64,000 bases of DNA from an uncultured Eubacteriales bacterium (GTDB taxonomy: Bacteria > Bacillota > Clostridia > Christensenellales > Borkfalkiaceae): assembly GCA_949747905.1 (NCBI GenBank), contig CATKEF010000053.1:135-64134 (forward strand). The letters run 5' to 3'. Below the pieces are notes generated by a model. That model had not been told where the DNA came from. It saw nothing but the letters and a program-made list of their open reading frames with translations, and made no database searches. Numbering within the stretch: the first letter of the stretch is position 1; every line of letters begins with the position of its first letter. Made by a program: the position numbers and the translations under genes. Below are positions 30,015 through 40,679 of the stretch, in pieces.

Positions 30015-32171
30015 TCAATTAGCTTGTTTTCTGACTTGCTTTAAAGATAAACCTATGCGCTGTTTTTTGACGTCCAGATTTATTATAACGGCTTTAACCT
30101 GCTGTCCGACTTTAAGAACGTCCGACGGATGCTTGATAAATCTGTCCGTAATCTCGGAAATATGCACGAGACCGTCCTGATGAACGCCAATATCGATAAA
30201 CGCGCCGAAATCTATTACGTTTCTTACCGTTCCCTCAACTTCCATACCGACGCTCAGGTCCTCTATCCCCAAAATATCTTTTCTGAGTTTTCTCTGAGGA
30301 AGCCCTTCGCGTATATCGCGTCCGGGTTTAACGAGCTCGGAAACGATATCGTTCATCGTAGCCACATCGAGTTCGCATTGAGTAGCAGCCTTTTCGGCGC
30401 CGTACGCTTTTACCTTTGCGGGAAGTTCCGTCAATCTGCGCTCTTTCACGTCTTCTTCGGTATAGCCGAAAAGTTTTAAGAGGTTTTCAGCCTTTTTATA
30501 TGATTCGGGATGCACCGCAGTATTATCCATAATATTGGAACCGTCGGCTATACGCAAAAAGCCCGCGCACTGTTCGTACGCTTTAGCGCCGAGTTTGGAA
30601 ACTTTCAAAAGTTGCTGACGAGCGGTGAATTTGCCGTTTTCTTCACGATAAGCAACGATATTTTTCGCTATACCGGAATTCAAGCCCGCAACATATTTCA
30701 AAAGCGAAACACTGGCGGTGTTCAAGTCTACGCCGACGCTGTTTACACAATCTTCGAGCACTCCGCCGAGTACGCTGTCAAGCCTCTTCTTGTCCATATC
30801 ATGCTGATACTGACCTACGCCGATAGATTTGGGGTCGATTTTAATCAATTCAGCAAGAGGGTCCTGCAATCGTCTTGCTATTGAAATCGCCGAACGCTTG
30901 GTAAGGTCCAAATCGGGGAATTCCTCGACGGCAAGCGGACTTGCGGAATAAACGCTCGCGCCCGCTTCACTTACTACGGCATAGGAAACGTCGCCGTTTA
31001 ATTCTTTGAGAAGCTCGGCAACGAATATTTCCGTTTCTTTGCTCGCAGTACCGTTTCCGATGGAAATAATATCCACTTTATATTTTGCGATAAAATCTTT
31101 TACGATTTCTTTTGCTTCTTCGATTTTGTTTTTCGGCGGAACGGGATAAATTACGGAAGTGTCGAGCACTTTACCCGTTTCGTCAACGACTGCGACCTTA
31201 CAACCCGTTCTGTATCCGGGGTCGAGCCCCAAAGTTACCTTACCTTTTACAGGAGGCTGCAAAAGAAGCGGACGAAGATTGACTTCGAACATTTTAATTG
31301 CCTGTTCACTCGCTCTGTCGGTGAGAATTGCGCGCACCTCGCGCTCAATAGACGGCTGTATCAATCTGTCGTAACCGTCGCTTGCCGCCTCTTCGATAAG
31401 TTTTGCGCAATCGCCGCTCGTCTTTATGTATTTGGCTTTGCAAACACGCTTGGCTATTTCTGGCTCGAAAAAGATTTTTACTTTAAGAAAATCTTCCTTT
31501 TCGCCGCGGTTAATCGCAAGTATTCTGTGATTCTTGATTTCAGGTACAAGCTCCGCATAATCAGAGTACATTGCGTACGTACCCTTTTCGTCGTCTTTAA
31601 CCATTTTAACTTGCATTTCGCCGTGGTTTTCAAGCAAAGCACGAAGTTTTTTGCGCAATTCCGCATTGTCGGAGATTATTTCGGCAATTATGTCTTTTGC
31701 TCCCGCAATAGCGTGGGCTCCCGTTTTTACGCCTTTTTCCTCGTCTATGTATTTTTCCGCTTCGACATAAGGGTCGCCGTTCTGAGCGAGAATGAAATCG
31801 GCAAGCGGCTGCAAACCTTTCTCTATTGCAACTGACGCGCGCGTTTTTTTCTTTTGCTTGAATGGACGGTAAATATCCTCAACTTCCGTAAGCGTACGCG
31901 CGGCGCTCAAAGCCGCACTAATCTCATCCGTCATCTTTTCCTGTTCGCTAATGGCGTTGCCGACTTCCTGCTTCCGCTTTTCCAGACTTTTAAGATATTC
32001 GTATCTGTCGTTCAGTTCCCGCAACCCCTGGTCGTCAACCGAGCCGGTCATTTCCTTTCTGTACCGCGCGATAAACGGTATGGTATTACCTTCATCAAGG
32101 AGTTTCAGAATATTCTGAACATGTTCGGGGCGGAGTTTGAATTCCTCTGTGAGCTGTACTGAAATTTCCAT
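30015..32171 (-). CDS. tex: Tex-like transcription accessory protein with S1 RNA-binding domain
   Basis: 718 aa with Tex N-terminal, YqgF-like and HhH regions, and a C-terminal S1 domain (GTVRNVIDFGAFIDIG). Confidence 0.9.
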   Translation of the reverse strand: MEISVQLTEEFKLRPEHVQNILKLLDEGNTIPFIARYRKEMTGSVDDQGLRELNDRYEYLKSLEKRKQEVGNAISEQEKMTDEISAALSAARTLTEVEDIYRPFKQKKKTRASVAIEKGLQPLADFILAQNGDPYVEAEKYIDEEKGVKTGAHAIAGAKDIIAEIISDNAELRKKLRALLENHGEMQVKMVKDDEKGTYAMYSDYAELVPEIKNHRILAINRGEKEDFLKVKIFFEPEIAKRVCKAKYIKTSGDCAKLIEEAASDGYDRLIQPSIEREVRAILTDRASEQAIKMFEVNLRPLLLQPPVKGKVTLGLDPGYRTGCKVAVVDETGKVLDTSVIYPVPPKNKIEEAKEIVKDFIAKYKVDIISIGNGTASKETEIFVAELLKELNGDVSYAVVSEAGASVYSASPLAVEEFPDLDLTKRSAISIARRLQDPLAELIKIDPKSIGVGQYQHDMDKKRLDSVLGGVLEDCVNSVGVDLNTASVSLLKYVAGLNSGIAKNIVAYREENGKFTARQQLLKVSKLGAKAYEQCAGFLRIADGSNIMDNTAVHPESYKKAENLLKLFGYTEEDVKERRLTELPAKVKAYGAEKAATQCELDVATMNDIVSELVKPGRDIREGLPQRKLRKDILGIEDLSVGMEVEGTVRNVIDFGAFIDIGVHQDGLVHISEITDRFIKHPSDVLKVGQQVKAVIINLDVKKQRIGLSLKQVRKQAN

Positions 32172-32172
32172 A

Positions 32173-32859
32173 TTATCTCTTCAAACCTTTTAAATAATTT
32201 TTTTGATTTTCCGTAAGCCTGTAACTTTCACAGGCTTTTTGAATTGCTTTGTTGTGAGTTTTTTTATCCAAAAAATCAACCGATACGTTTTCTTTAAGAA
32301 ATTCCGCCGTATCGTCGTAAAATTTAATCATAAGCTCGGCAAGCAGCCATGCCGCCGCCATATGCACGTAATAATAACCCGTGTCGATTTTGTCACGTAA
32401 TATGTTTAAAATACTCTGATAGTACTTTTCCTCAACATAGAAATGCAACAGTGTAGTAAGCGCAAAACGCTGATAAAATTCCTTTCCTTCGTTCAGATAT
32501 GTATAAATAAAAGGCAGAAATTCATCCTTGTTCTTAGAAATACACTTTGGCGCAAAACAATCGCATGTAGCCCAGTTGTCAATAATTGCAACGCACTCGT
32601 TGACGTATTTTACGAAAGATTCGTAAGGCAAAAGCGATATTATGGTAAGTTTTACAAAAGTGACTTCGTAAAAATCGTCGGGAAACGCCATAAAATCGGC
32701 AATGTAGATTTTATATTTTTTTGCGAGCTTTCTCAAAACCGGAACTCTTACGCCGAGAACTTCGATTTCGTCGTTTTTCAAAAGTCTCTTGTGAAAAGTA
32801 CGATACTCTTCATCCGCATAACTTTTCAGTTCATCCAAAAACTCTTGATAATGCGGCAT
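32173..32859 (-). CDS. DNA alkylation repair protein (AlkD-like HEAT-repeat family)
   Basis: 228 aa, helical-repeat protein whose length and pattern are typical of the DNA_alkylation family. Assigned by resemblance only. Confidence 0.65.
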   Translation of the reverse strand: MPHYQEFLDELKSYADEEYRTFHKRLLKNDEIEVLGVRVPVLRKLAKKYKIYIADFMAFPDDFYEVTFVKLTIISLLPYESFVKYVNECVAIIDNWATCDCFAPKCISKNKDEFLPFIYTYLNEGKEFYQRFALTTLLHFYVEEKYYQSILNILRDKIDTGYYYVHMAAAWLLAELMIKFYDDTAEFLKENVSVDFLDKKTHNKAIQKACESYRLTENQKNYLKGLKR

Positions 32860-33310
32860 ACCATTCCTCCTTGGAAAATCGAACGTTAGCGGGACTTGTC
32901 GAAGGCAGTTTTATGTAAGGGATTTCGAGATTTGCATATTTAGCGTAAAAAATCGAATAAGCCTTGCTACCGTTCAATATTATAAAACTTATTTCAGAAT
33001 TTTGCAACAGGTTTTCAAGATTAGCCGTTTTATAATTTTTAATGGTGACGTCCTGAGACCCGACTATTTCGCACTCGGTTACAATATCCCAAAGCGCAAT
33101 TCCACGTTTCAAAAGAAACTGCTTTTTTTCTTCGACAGTTTGCGGTATTTCATCGCCGAAAAAACCGCAGACCGTTTTCCAGAACCTGTTCTGCTTATGT
33201 CCGTAGTAAAATTCGACTTCCCTGCTTTTAACGGATGGAAAACTTCCGAGTATCAGAACTTTACTCGATTTATTGAACACGGGTTCGAAACCCATTTTTA
33301 CAGTATCCAT
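32831..33310 (-). CDS. DNA-deoxyinosine (hypoxanthine) glycosylase, UDG superfamily
   Basis: LILGSFPS and YYGHKQNRFW motifs. I moved the start to M24 (ATG ending at 33310), directly after the upstream gene's stop. Confidence 0.72.
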   Translation of the reverse strand: MDTVKMGFEPVFNKSSKVLILGSFPSVKSREVEFYYGHKQNRFWKTVCGFFGDEIPQTVEEKKQFLLKRGIALWDIVTECEIVGSQDVTIKNYKTANLENLLQNSEISFIILNGSKAYSIFYAKYANLEIPYIKLPSTSPANVRFSKEEWYAALSRVFG

Positions 33311-33311
33311 C

Positions 33312-34544
33312 TTAAATCGGCTTGTCCACCGCGCCGACAAGCGCCACGGCTCTGTTCTTTTCGGCGAAATTGTATTCAACCGCTTCTTTGACGTTATCCA
33401 AAGTCACGGAAGTAATTCTTTTTACTCTTTCCTCGTAATCATAAACTCTGCCGCTATACAACAGTTCTTTACCGAATAAAAGCATCTGTGAGCTTGTACT
33501 TTCCTGAGAGAAAATTTGAGAAGAAATCATCTGTTCTTTTCCGCGGACGAATTCTTCTTCGGAAATGTCTTTGGTCTTGATATCGGCAATACATTTTTCG
33601 ATTGCCTCCACCGACTGAAGATATTTTTCGGTATTTACCCCTGCGTATACGGAAAGAACGCCGGCTTCGTCATACGAAGAAACATAGGAATATACGGTAT
33701 ACGCAAGACCCATTTTTTCTCTTACAGTCTGAAAAAGACGCGACGACATGCTTCCGCCGAGAATCGAACTCAAAATCTGCGTAGCGTCGAAAAGTTTATC
33801 GTAGCGCTTTACGGAAGGATATGCAAAGCCGATGTGCACCTGTTCGATATTCTTTTTTCTGACAAGAGAACTTCCCTTAAATTCCACTTCCACGCAGCCG
33901 CGTTTCGCGATTTTACCCGTCATACCGGAAAAATATTTTCTGGTTAGTTCTTCCGCAAGAGCTACGTCTATATTTCCCGCCATGGAAATTACAATGTTGT
34001 CGGGCACATAATATTTTTTCATATAGCGCTCTATATCAGCTCTTGTAAAGCCTGATACGTTTTCGCGCGGACCGAGAATATTTCTGCCGTAACCTTTTTC
34101 TCCGAAATACGCACGCGAGAGCAAATCGAGACACAAGTCGTCGGGAGTGTCCTCGTTCATATTGATTTCTTCTATGATTACGCCTTTTTCCCTGACCATT
34201 TCGTCCTCAGGGAAAACGCTTTCAAGAAACAAGTCGGCAAGAATTCCGAACGCCTCAGCCGCATGCCCCGTAGTCGACTTGGCATAATAACACGTCAAAT
34301 CTTTACCGGTAAACGCATTCATCTGCGCGCCTATTCTGTCCATTTCATCTGAAATCCGAAATGCGGAACGATTTTTTGTTCCCTTGAACATCATGTGTTC
34401 GATGAAATGCGAAATGCCGTCCTCTGCATCGGTTTCGCGCGAGGACCCGGTATGGACGAGAATACCCATAGTCACAGACATGAGTCCGTCCATTTTGTTT
34501 ACAATAAGTTTTATTCCGTTTTCAAGTTGTTTATAATGAATCAT
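33312..34544 (-). CDS. M16 family (pitrilysin/insulinase-like) zinc peptidase
   Basis: HFIEHMMFKG inverted zinc motif (HxxEH). The start at M6 follows AGGAGA and shares a TAATG overlap with the upstream stop. Confidence 0.85.
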   Translation of the reverse strand: MIHYKQLENGIKLIVNKMDGLMSVTMGILVHTGSSRETDAEDGISHFIEHMMFKGTKNRSAFRISDEMDRIGAQMNAFTGKDLTCYYAKSTTGHAAEAFGILADLFLESVFPEDEMVREKGVIIEEINMNEDTPDDLCLDLLSRAYFGEKGYGRNILGPRENVSGFTRADIERYMKKYYVPDNIVISMAGNIDVALAEELTRKYFSGMTGKIAKRGCVEVEFKGSSLVRKKNIEQVHIGFAYPSVKRYDKLFDATQILSSILGGSMSSRLFQTVREKMGLAYTVYSYVSSYDEAGVLSVYAGVNTEKYLQSVEAIEKCIADIKTKDISEEEFVRGKEQMISSQIFSQESTSSQMLLFGKELLYSGRVYDYEERVKRITSVTLDNVKEAVEYNFAEKNRAVALVGAVDKPI

Positions 34545-35248
34545 TATTCTCCTAAACACATAGAGACGGTGTCGGCATTTTTACCGTGTTCTCTTATGTA
34601 TGTTAATATTTCAGGCAGCGCCTGCACCGTAACGTCTTTCGGATGCATTAGCACAAACTCGCCCGTTTCAAGATTTTCCGTGGCGCGCTTGATGATAAGA
34701 TTGACATCTTTGTCGCGCCAGTCGATTGTGTCCCTGCTCCACATAATCGCTTTCAAATCCAAAGCGGCGCAGGCAGATAGAGTATTTTCGGCAAAAGCGC
34801 CGGAAGGCGGAGCAAAAAGCGAAATTTTCCGACCGCAAATCATTTCCAACAGCTTTACGCTCGGCCTTATTTCTTCCATATTCTGGTCGTAGGTCATCTT
34901 GGAATGGTCTTTATGAAAATAACCGTGACTTCCCAGTTCGTGTCCGCGTGAATAAATTTCACGAACGGTATCAACGTTGTCGTCTGCCCAGGAACCGCCT
35001 ATAAAAAAAGTGGCTTTAGCCTCGTATTCGTCTAAAATATCCAGTATCTTTATAACGTTTTCCGTACTCTCGTAAACATTGAACATAAGTCCGACGGAAT
35101 TGCCATCGTCCTTACCCGAATAATAGAGATTTTTGTTTTCAAAAGAGACAGCTGCCGCGTTGCCGCCGAATATACCCACAAGAGTGACGGCAAGAACCAC
35201 CGCCATCAATACGGCGTTCGTAAAAATCGAAATAAATTTGCTTTTCAA
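34544..35248 (-). CDS. polysaccharide deacetylase (NodB homology, PdaB-like sporulation type)
   Basis: N-terminal TM or signal anchor. NodB motifs: FNVYES, ATFFIGG, GHELGSHGYFH. Confidence 0.82.
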   Translation of the reverse strand: MKSKFISIFTNAVLMAVVLAVTLVGIFGGNAAAVSFENKNLYYSGKDDGNSVGLMFNVYESTENVIKILDILDEYEAKATFFIGGSWADDNVDTVREIYSRGHELGSHGYFHKDHSKMTYDQNMEEIRPSVKLLEMICGRKISLFAPPSGAFAENTLSACAALDLKAIMWSRDTIDWRDKDVNLIIKRATENLETGEFVLMHPKDVTVQALPEILTYIREHGKNADTVSMCLGE

Positions 35249-35309
35249 TTAGTTTACCCCTAAAATTTCTATACTATTAATATATTATTAATTTTTGGGG
35301 TAATTCTTG

Positions 35310-37673
35310 CTATTTAAGTTTAATAAACGTTACGCCCGTTTCGCCCTCGCCGTATATACCCGAACGAAAACTTTCAACGTTTTTATGTCTTTTAAGATGT
35401 TCGGCTATTGCTTTTCTGAGCTTGCCCGTACCGACTCCGTGAATGACTTTTATTTCCTCCAGATTGTCCGTTACGGCTTTATCGATAAAATTATCCACTT
35501 CGTAAAGCGCTTCGATAACCGTCATCCCAAGCACGTTGATTTCGAGAACAGGGCTGTCCTTCGGAAGATTTTTTACGATTTTTACTTTACGAATAGTTTT
35601 TTCGGCAGATTTCGTCACCACCAGCAAATCCCTGAGTTTAAGGTGCATTCTGAGATTTTCGCATTGCACTTCCGCGTCGCCTTTATTCCGTGAAAACGCA
35701 ACCACTCTTCCACACGTTTCCATCGGCTTAACGTATACTTCCGTCCCGACACCGATATTATCCGACGTCGCGGGAAAGTAATCGTTAACTTTTTCCAAAT
35801 CGCTTTCCTCTTCGAAAGCTGTATTTTTCAGTTTATTTCTTAACGTGCGTGCGGCAACTAAATCGTTTTCGGAAAGCCTTTCTTTTTTGAAGATTTCCTC
35901 TATTTCCGCTAATATTTCCTCCGCGCGCTCCGTTCTCTCCGATATAATTCTTCTGCTTTCCGTTCTTGCCGAACGGTTTATCTTTTCCCGTTCTTTGTTC
36001 AGCTTTTCTATCTGCGCGTTTACTTCCGCAAGTTTCTCCCGCCATTGAATTTCGGCTTTTTTTATTTCTGTAAGCCGTTCCTCCGCCTCGATTCGACTCT
36101 CTTCGGCCCTGCGGACAACGTTTTCGAAACTTCTCGCCCCTTCCGAAAGCTCGTTTTCCGCCGCTTTAAGCAATTCTTCGCTCATGCCGAGCCTTTTGGA
36201 AATCGCAAGCGCGTTACTCGCACCGGGCAAGCCTCTTTTCATTCTGTATAAAGGCTTGAGCGTAGTCATATCGAATTCCATGCTTGCGTTTTCAATGCCT
36301 TCCACACCGTAAGCAAACTCTTTGAGCGCGGTAAAATGCGTCGTTACGATACCTTTCGCGCCTTTTGAAAGAAGGTGTCTTACAACCGCTTTTGCAATAG
36401 CCTGCCCCTCGTCGGGGTTCGTACCGCCGCCAAGTTCGTCAATCAAAACAAGACTGTTGTCGCCGACGGAATTACAGATATCAATTACGGCAGATATGTG
36501 CGATGAAAAAGTGGACAATTCTTCCTCGATACTCTGGCTGTCTCCGACTGCGCAGAATACGGTTTGGAAAACGGATACCGAACTGCCTTCCGCCGCAGGT
36601 ATAAAAAACCCGCACGCCGCCATGAGGCAAAACAGTCCCGTCATTTTCAAAGTGACGGTCTTTCCTCCGGTATTAGCCCCGCTCAGTAATATGAAATTAT
36701 AGTCTGAGCCGAGCTCCACCGAAACCGGAACAACTTTCGCTTTATCGATAAGAGGATGCCGTCCTCTGATTATATCGATGTGACCCTTTGTGTTGACCTT
36801 CGGTTCCGTGCATTTAAGTTTATAACAGTACTCGGCGACAGCTAAATACGAATCGAGCTCCGACAGCGCCGTAATATCAACCGCAAGCTCTTCAGCCATA
36901 TCTCCTATACGCTTTGACAAAGCTCGCAATATTGCTTCAACCTCTTCCCGCTCGTCAACCGTAAGCGCGATTATCTCGTTATTAAGTTCGAGGAGATCTT
37001 CGGGTTCGATGAAATAAGTCGCGCCCGTTTTCGAGCGGTCGTGCACGAAACCGCGCACACGACCTTTATGTTCTGCCTTGACCGGAATAACGTACCTGTC
37101 GTTTCTGAGCGTGACGATTGCATCCTGCAAATATTCTTTGTCTTTGCCCGAAACATATTCCGACAATCTGGAACGCACTCTGTCATTAAGATTTTTTATT
37201 TTCGAACGTATGGCAAAAAGTTTATCGCTTGCGTTATCGCTTACCGAATCTTCCGAAAGAATTTTTTCGGTTATATCTGATTCAGCCGATTTATCGAAGT
37301 AAAGACACTTAATACATTCTTTGACAAGCACAATATTTTCGTCGTCTATTCGGGACACCGACTCGTATACAGTTCTTGCCGAACGCAGCAGCGCGGCGCA
37401 CTCCAAAAGTTCTTTACAGGATAAAACAGAGCCCTTGCCCGCTCTCTTAATTTGTTCGGCAACGTTACCGAACCGTTCAATTTTACCAAGCCCGTAAGTA
37501 AACAGCAATTCAGTGCATTCGCGGGTAAAGGAAAGACGACGGCGAACCTGCGCAATCTCCACAGACGGACTCAGAGCCATAACAAGCGACCTGCCACCGT
37601 CGAGTACCGCATATTCCGCGGCTGCGCTCAATATTTTATTAAGTTCGAGTTTTTCGAAATTTTTGCAAAGCAT
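35310..37673 (-). CDS. mutS2: endonuclease MutS2
   Basis: Walker A SGANTGGKT, central coiled coil, and C-terminal Smr domain (VIHGVGTGKLR). Confidence 0.93.
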   Translation of the reverse strand: MLCKNFEKLELNKILSAAAEYAVLDGGRSLVMALSPSVEIAQVRRRLSFTRECTELLFTYGLGKIERFGNVAEQIKRAGKGSVLSCKELLECAALLRSARTVYESVSRIDDENIVLVKECIKCLYFDKSAESDITEKILSEDSVSDNASDKLFAIRSKIKNLNDRVRSRLSEYVSGKDKEYLQDAIVTLRNDRYVIPVKAEHKGRVRGFVHDRSKTGATYFIEPEDLLELNNEIIALTVDEREEVEAILRALSKRIGDMAEELAVDITALSELDSYLAVAEYCYKLKCTEPKVNTKGHIDIIRGRHPLIDKAKVVPVSVELGSDYNFILLSGANTGGKTVTLKMTGLFCLMAACGFFIPAAEGSSVSVFQTVFCAVGDSQSIEEELSTFSSHISAVIDICNSVGDNSLVLIDELGGGTNPDEGQAIAKAVVRHLLSKGAKGIVTTHFTALKEFAYGVEGIENASMEFDMTTLKPLYRMKRGLPGASNALAISKRLGMSEELLKAAENELSEGARSFENVVRRAEESRIEAEERLTEIKKAEIQWREKLAEVNAQIEKLNKEREKINRSARTESRRIISERTERAEEILAEIEEIFKKERLSENDLVAARTLRNKLKNTAFEEESDLEKVNDYFPATSDNIGVGTEVYVKPMETCGRVVAFSRNKGDAEVQCENLRMHLKLRDLLVVTKSAEKTIRKVKIVKNLPKDSPVLEINVLGMTVIEALYEVDNFIDKAVTDNLEEIKVIHGVGTGKLRKAIAEHLKRHKNVESFRSGIYGEGETGVTFIKLK

Positions 37674-37678
37674 ATTTT

Positions 37679-39862
37679 TTACTTAATCGGTTGAACCGAA
37701 TGTCCGCGCGTGTAATTGCGGAAAATATCCACAAGTTTTTTCTCGTCTCCGATGCTGTCTACAACGATATCGACATCCTCTTCAAGTGTGCAATCGACTA
37801 AAACACCATTACGTAAAGATGTAACTAAATTTGCGCAATTAAACACTTCAAAACGACATTCATCGGTTTTATAACGTCTGAGGGGAAACTTCCTCCCGCT
37901 TTCGTCGGTCAGAACATAGCGACTTCGGCGGTCGCAGGTTTTACATTTTTTCCCGAAAGGACAGTAAATCAAATCCATCAATTTAATATTCCCTGCGCCC
38001 TGATAAAAACATATCTCCGTTTTAATTTCGTCGGACTCGATTACCGTAAGCTCTTTGGAGAGCGCAATATATTTAGCCGCGCACCCCGCAACCGCAACCG
38101 AATTGCCTATATTCAGTCCCGTTCCCGCAAACAACGGCTTATTTATCTGCTCCGCCAAAGTAAAACCGTAGAGCCCTTCGCAATAAATACCATCGAAATT
38201 TTCCGCAATTGATTTGATTTTTTCGTACTCCTTCCCCGTCAAAAACGGAGGCAGATATAAGTATTTCTCCCCGCTGAATTTTTCAGTAAATTTATTATCG
38301 TATTCAAAACAATCGTTTAATTTCAATATACCTATATCCGCCGCAACCGCATTGAGGTCAGTACTTATTACTGCGGTTTTTTTATTTATGCCGCGTTTTA
38401 GTTCGGGGAAAAAAAACGATGCTTCGCACTGTCGATTGCAATTATCGGATATGGCGGCAAAATAGCCGGCAAAAACTTCACGGCGCAATGCGTTCAGCTC
38501 CGAAGCGGGAATAAATACACCGTCCGTGAGCAATTCACCGAAATTAACCGCAAAAGGATACTTATCAACTTTGGCAAAACATTTACGCAAGTATTCATCG
38601 TCGACAGGCTGTTTTTGCGCCGCGGCAAGAGGACTCTTCCCGCGAAACAGCATACCGTTAATTTTTATTTCGGCGACTCTTCCCGTAAAAAGTCTGCAAT
38701 CGACGGTAACGGGAATTTTTTTCGTTTTTTTAAGGAGCTCTTCATTCAGGGCGATATCTGTAGTGATAAATGCCTTGTCGCCGTTTAAAAGCCTCGACGA
38801 CGCAGATAAAACAACTCCTTTTTTGCAATTTCCCGAGCAGACGGCTCCGCATACTTCTTTACCATCCCTTAAAATTTTAAAACCGTCGCCCGATACTGCT
38901 TTTTTATCGGTTATACAAATATTTTTGCCGTTCTCGATTTTAATATTTCCGAAAAACTCGCCCAAATGTCCTTGCACGGAAGAAGAAATAAAATTTTTGT
39001 CCTGCCCGAAAGCAAGTCCGCGCGTATAATTTCCGCGGTTGAAAGTACGCTTCAAAGCGCTTAAACCTACTTCGGTATCTTTCTTCAAGACATTTACGTA
39101 ATAACTTACGGCGGCGGCAACATATTCGGGCCTGCGCATTCTGCCTTCAATTTTAAATGAATGCACGCCTGCGTTTTCAAGTTCCTTTATATCTTTTCCC
39201 ACGCATAAATCAGAAAGAGAAATTCTGTATGCTTCATCATCTAAATCTTCTCTGTCTATACGATAACGCTTTCTGCACGGCTGCTTGCATTTACCGCGAT
39301 TCCCACTGTTTCCGCCCGCAAACGAAGAAAAATAGCATTGCCCCGAAAAACAGGTGCAAAGCGCCCCCTGAACGAATACTTCCGTCTCGATTATAGAGGC
39401 AATCTCTTTTATATCCTCGAAAGATGTCTCTCTTGCCGCTATTACCCTTGAAAATCCGCATTTTTTTGCAAATAAAGCGCCTGCCGAATTGCATACTCCC
39501 GCCTGAGTAGAAAGATGAAGTTCTATTTCGGGAAAATTCTTTTTTATAAAAGCGCCTAAAAAAACGTCGGACAAAATTATTGCGTCGGCGCCGTTATTCC
39601 AGGCTGACACTGCGACACTTAAGAAATCGGCTTTCTCACTTTCTTTCACAAGCGTATTCATTGCAACGTAAACTTTAACGTTGAACGCATGCGCAAGAAA
39701 AATTATTTCACGGAAATTTTCCTCATCGAAATTTTCCGCTGAACTTCTCGCGGAAAATCGCTTCAACCCAATATAAATAGCATCCGCGCCGTTATTTATA
39801 GCGGCTAACGCGCTGTTTTTATCGCCCGCAGGCGCCAATATTTCAGACATAGTACTATTCAA
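37679..39862 (-). CDS. U32 family peptidase-like protein, long form
   Basis: Match to the U32 signature, EVFVQGALCTCFSGQCYFSS. 727 aa with a long C-terminal extension. Confidence 0.87.
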   Translation of the reverse strand: MNSTMSEILAPAGDKNSALAAINNGADAIYIGLKRFSARSSAENFDEENFREIIFLAHAFNVKVYVAMNTLVKESEKADFLSVAVSAWNNGADAIILSDVFLGAFIKKNFPEIELHLSTQAGVCNSAGALFAKKCGFSRVIAARETSFEDIKEIASIIETEVFVQGALCTCFSGQCYFSSFAGGNSGNRGKCKQPCRKRYRIDREDLDDEAYRISLSDLCVGKDIKELENAGVHSFKIEGRMRRPEYVAAAVSYYVNVLKKDTEVGLSALKRTFNRGNYTRGLAFGQDKNFISSSVQGHLGEFFGNIKIENGKNICITDKKAVSGDGFKILRDGKEVCGAVCSGNCKKGVVLSASSRLLNGDKAFITTDIALNEELLKKTKKIPVTVDCRLFTGRVAEIKINGMLFRGKSPLAAAQKQPVDDEYLRKCFAKVDKYPFAVNFGELLTDGVFIPASELNALRREVFAGYFAAISDNCNRQCEASFFFPELKRGINKKTAVISTDLNAVAADIGILKLNDCFEYDNKFTEKFSGEKYLYLPPFLTGKEYEKIKSIAENFDGIYCEGLYGFTLAEQINKPLFAGTGLNIGNSVAVAGCAAKYIALSKELTVIESDEIKTEICFYQGAGNIKLMDLIYCPFGKKCKTCDRRSRYVLTDESGRKFPLRRYKTDECRFEVFNCANLVTSLRNGVLVDCTLEEDVDIVVDSIGDEKKLVDIFRNYTRGHSVQPIK

Positions 39863-40679
39863 AACCGAATTTTTCTATAATTTGAGCTACCGCTCCTTCA
39901 TTATTGGTAACAGTTACAGCGTCCGCAGCAAGTTTTAATTTATTATCGGCATTTCCTACGGCAATTCCCGTTCCGGCAGTTTCTATCATGGATAAGTCGT
40001 TCATATTATCCCCGACAGCCACCGTTTTATCTGTGGGAATGCTATAATAACGCGCAAGAAACTTCAAAGCCGCGCCCTTGGTTTCTCCGAGTTTTGAAAT
40101 TTCGACCAAAACGCGGGCGCTGCAAGTGACGTCATAACGCGCCCCGAGCCGTTTTATAAGTTCGGTATACAGTTCGTCCCTTTTATCGGGAAAAACCAAA
40201 CAAGCGACTTTCTGACAAAACAGCCTTTTATCTCTTACAAATTCGGAAACCTTTCCCTGTATGTGTTTCGATTCGACTCCGATAATTTTTTCATAGAGTT
40301 TCAGATGTTCGTTGTCTTTGGGTATATCGGTAAATAATTTATCACCCGAATAAATATTGACAGGCTGCCCGAGAATTTCGAGGGTTTCGCAAACTTCCGC
40401 GGTTTCGTCACAATTCAAACCGTCGTTTTTTATAAGTTCTCCGCTCTCTATATCCGCGATAACGGCGCCCTGCTGCGCAATCACAAGCCCTTTGAGTCCC
40501 AATTCACGTACGCGTGGAAGTATTGATACAAGCATTCTTCCCGTACATACCGCAAATATTCCTCCGCAAGCGATATATTCGTTAATTTTCTCTCTTACTT
40601 CCGGCAAAACTTCCTGATTATCGTCAATCAAAGTTCCGTCAAAATCGGAAACAATCAGTTTATTTTTTATTTTTCTCAT
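39855..40679 (-). CDS. Cof-type HAD-IIB family hydrolase
   Basis: DFDGTL nucleophile motif, GDNMNDLSM motif, and cap domain. Confidence 0.85.
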   Translation of the reverse strand: MRKIKNKLIVSDFDGTLIDDNQEVLPEVREKINEYIACGGIFAVCTGRMLVSILPRVRELGLKGLVIAQQGAVIADIESGELIKNDGLNCDETAEVCETLEILGQPVNIYSGDKLFTDIPKDNEHLKLYEKIIGVESKHIQGKVSEFVRDKRLFCQKVACLVFPDKRDELYTELIKRLGARYDVTCSARVLVEISKLGETKGAALKFLARYYSIPTDKTVAVGDNMNDLSMIETAGTGIAVGNADNKLKLAADAVTVTNNEGAVAQIIEKFGFE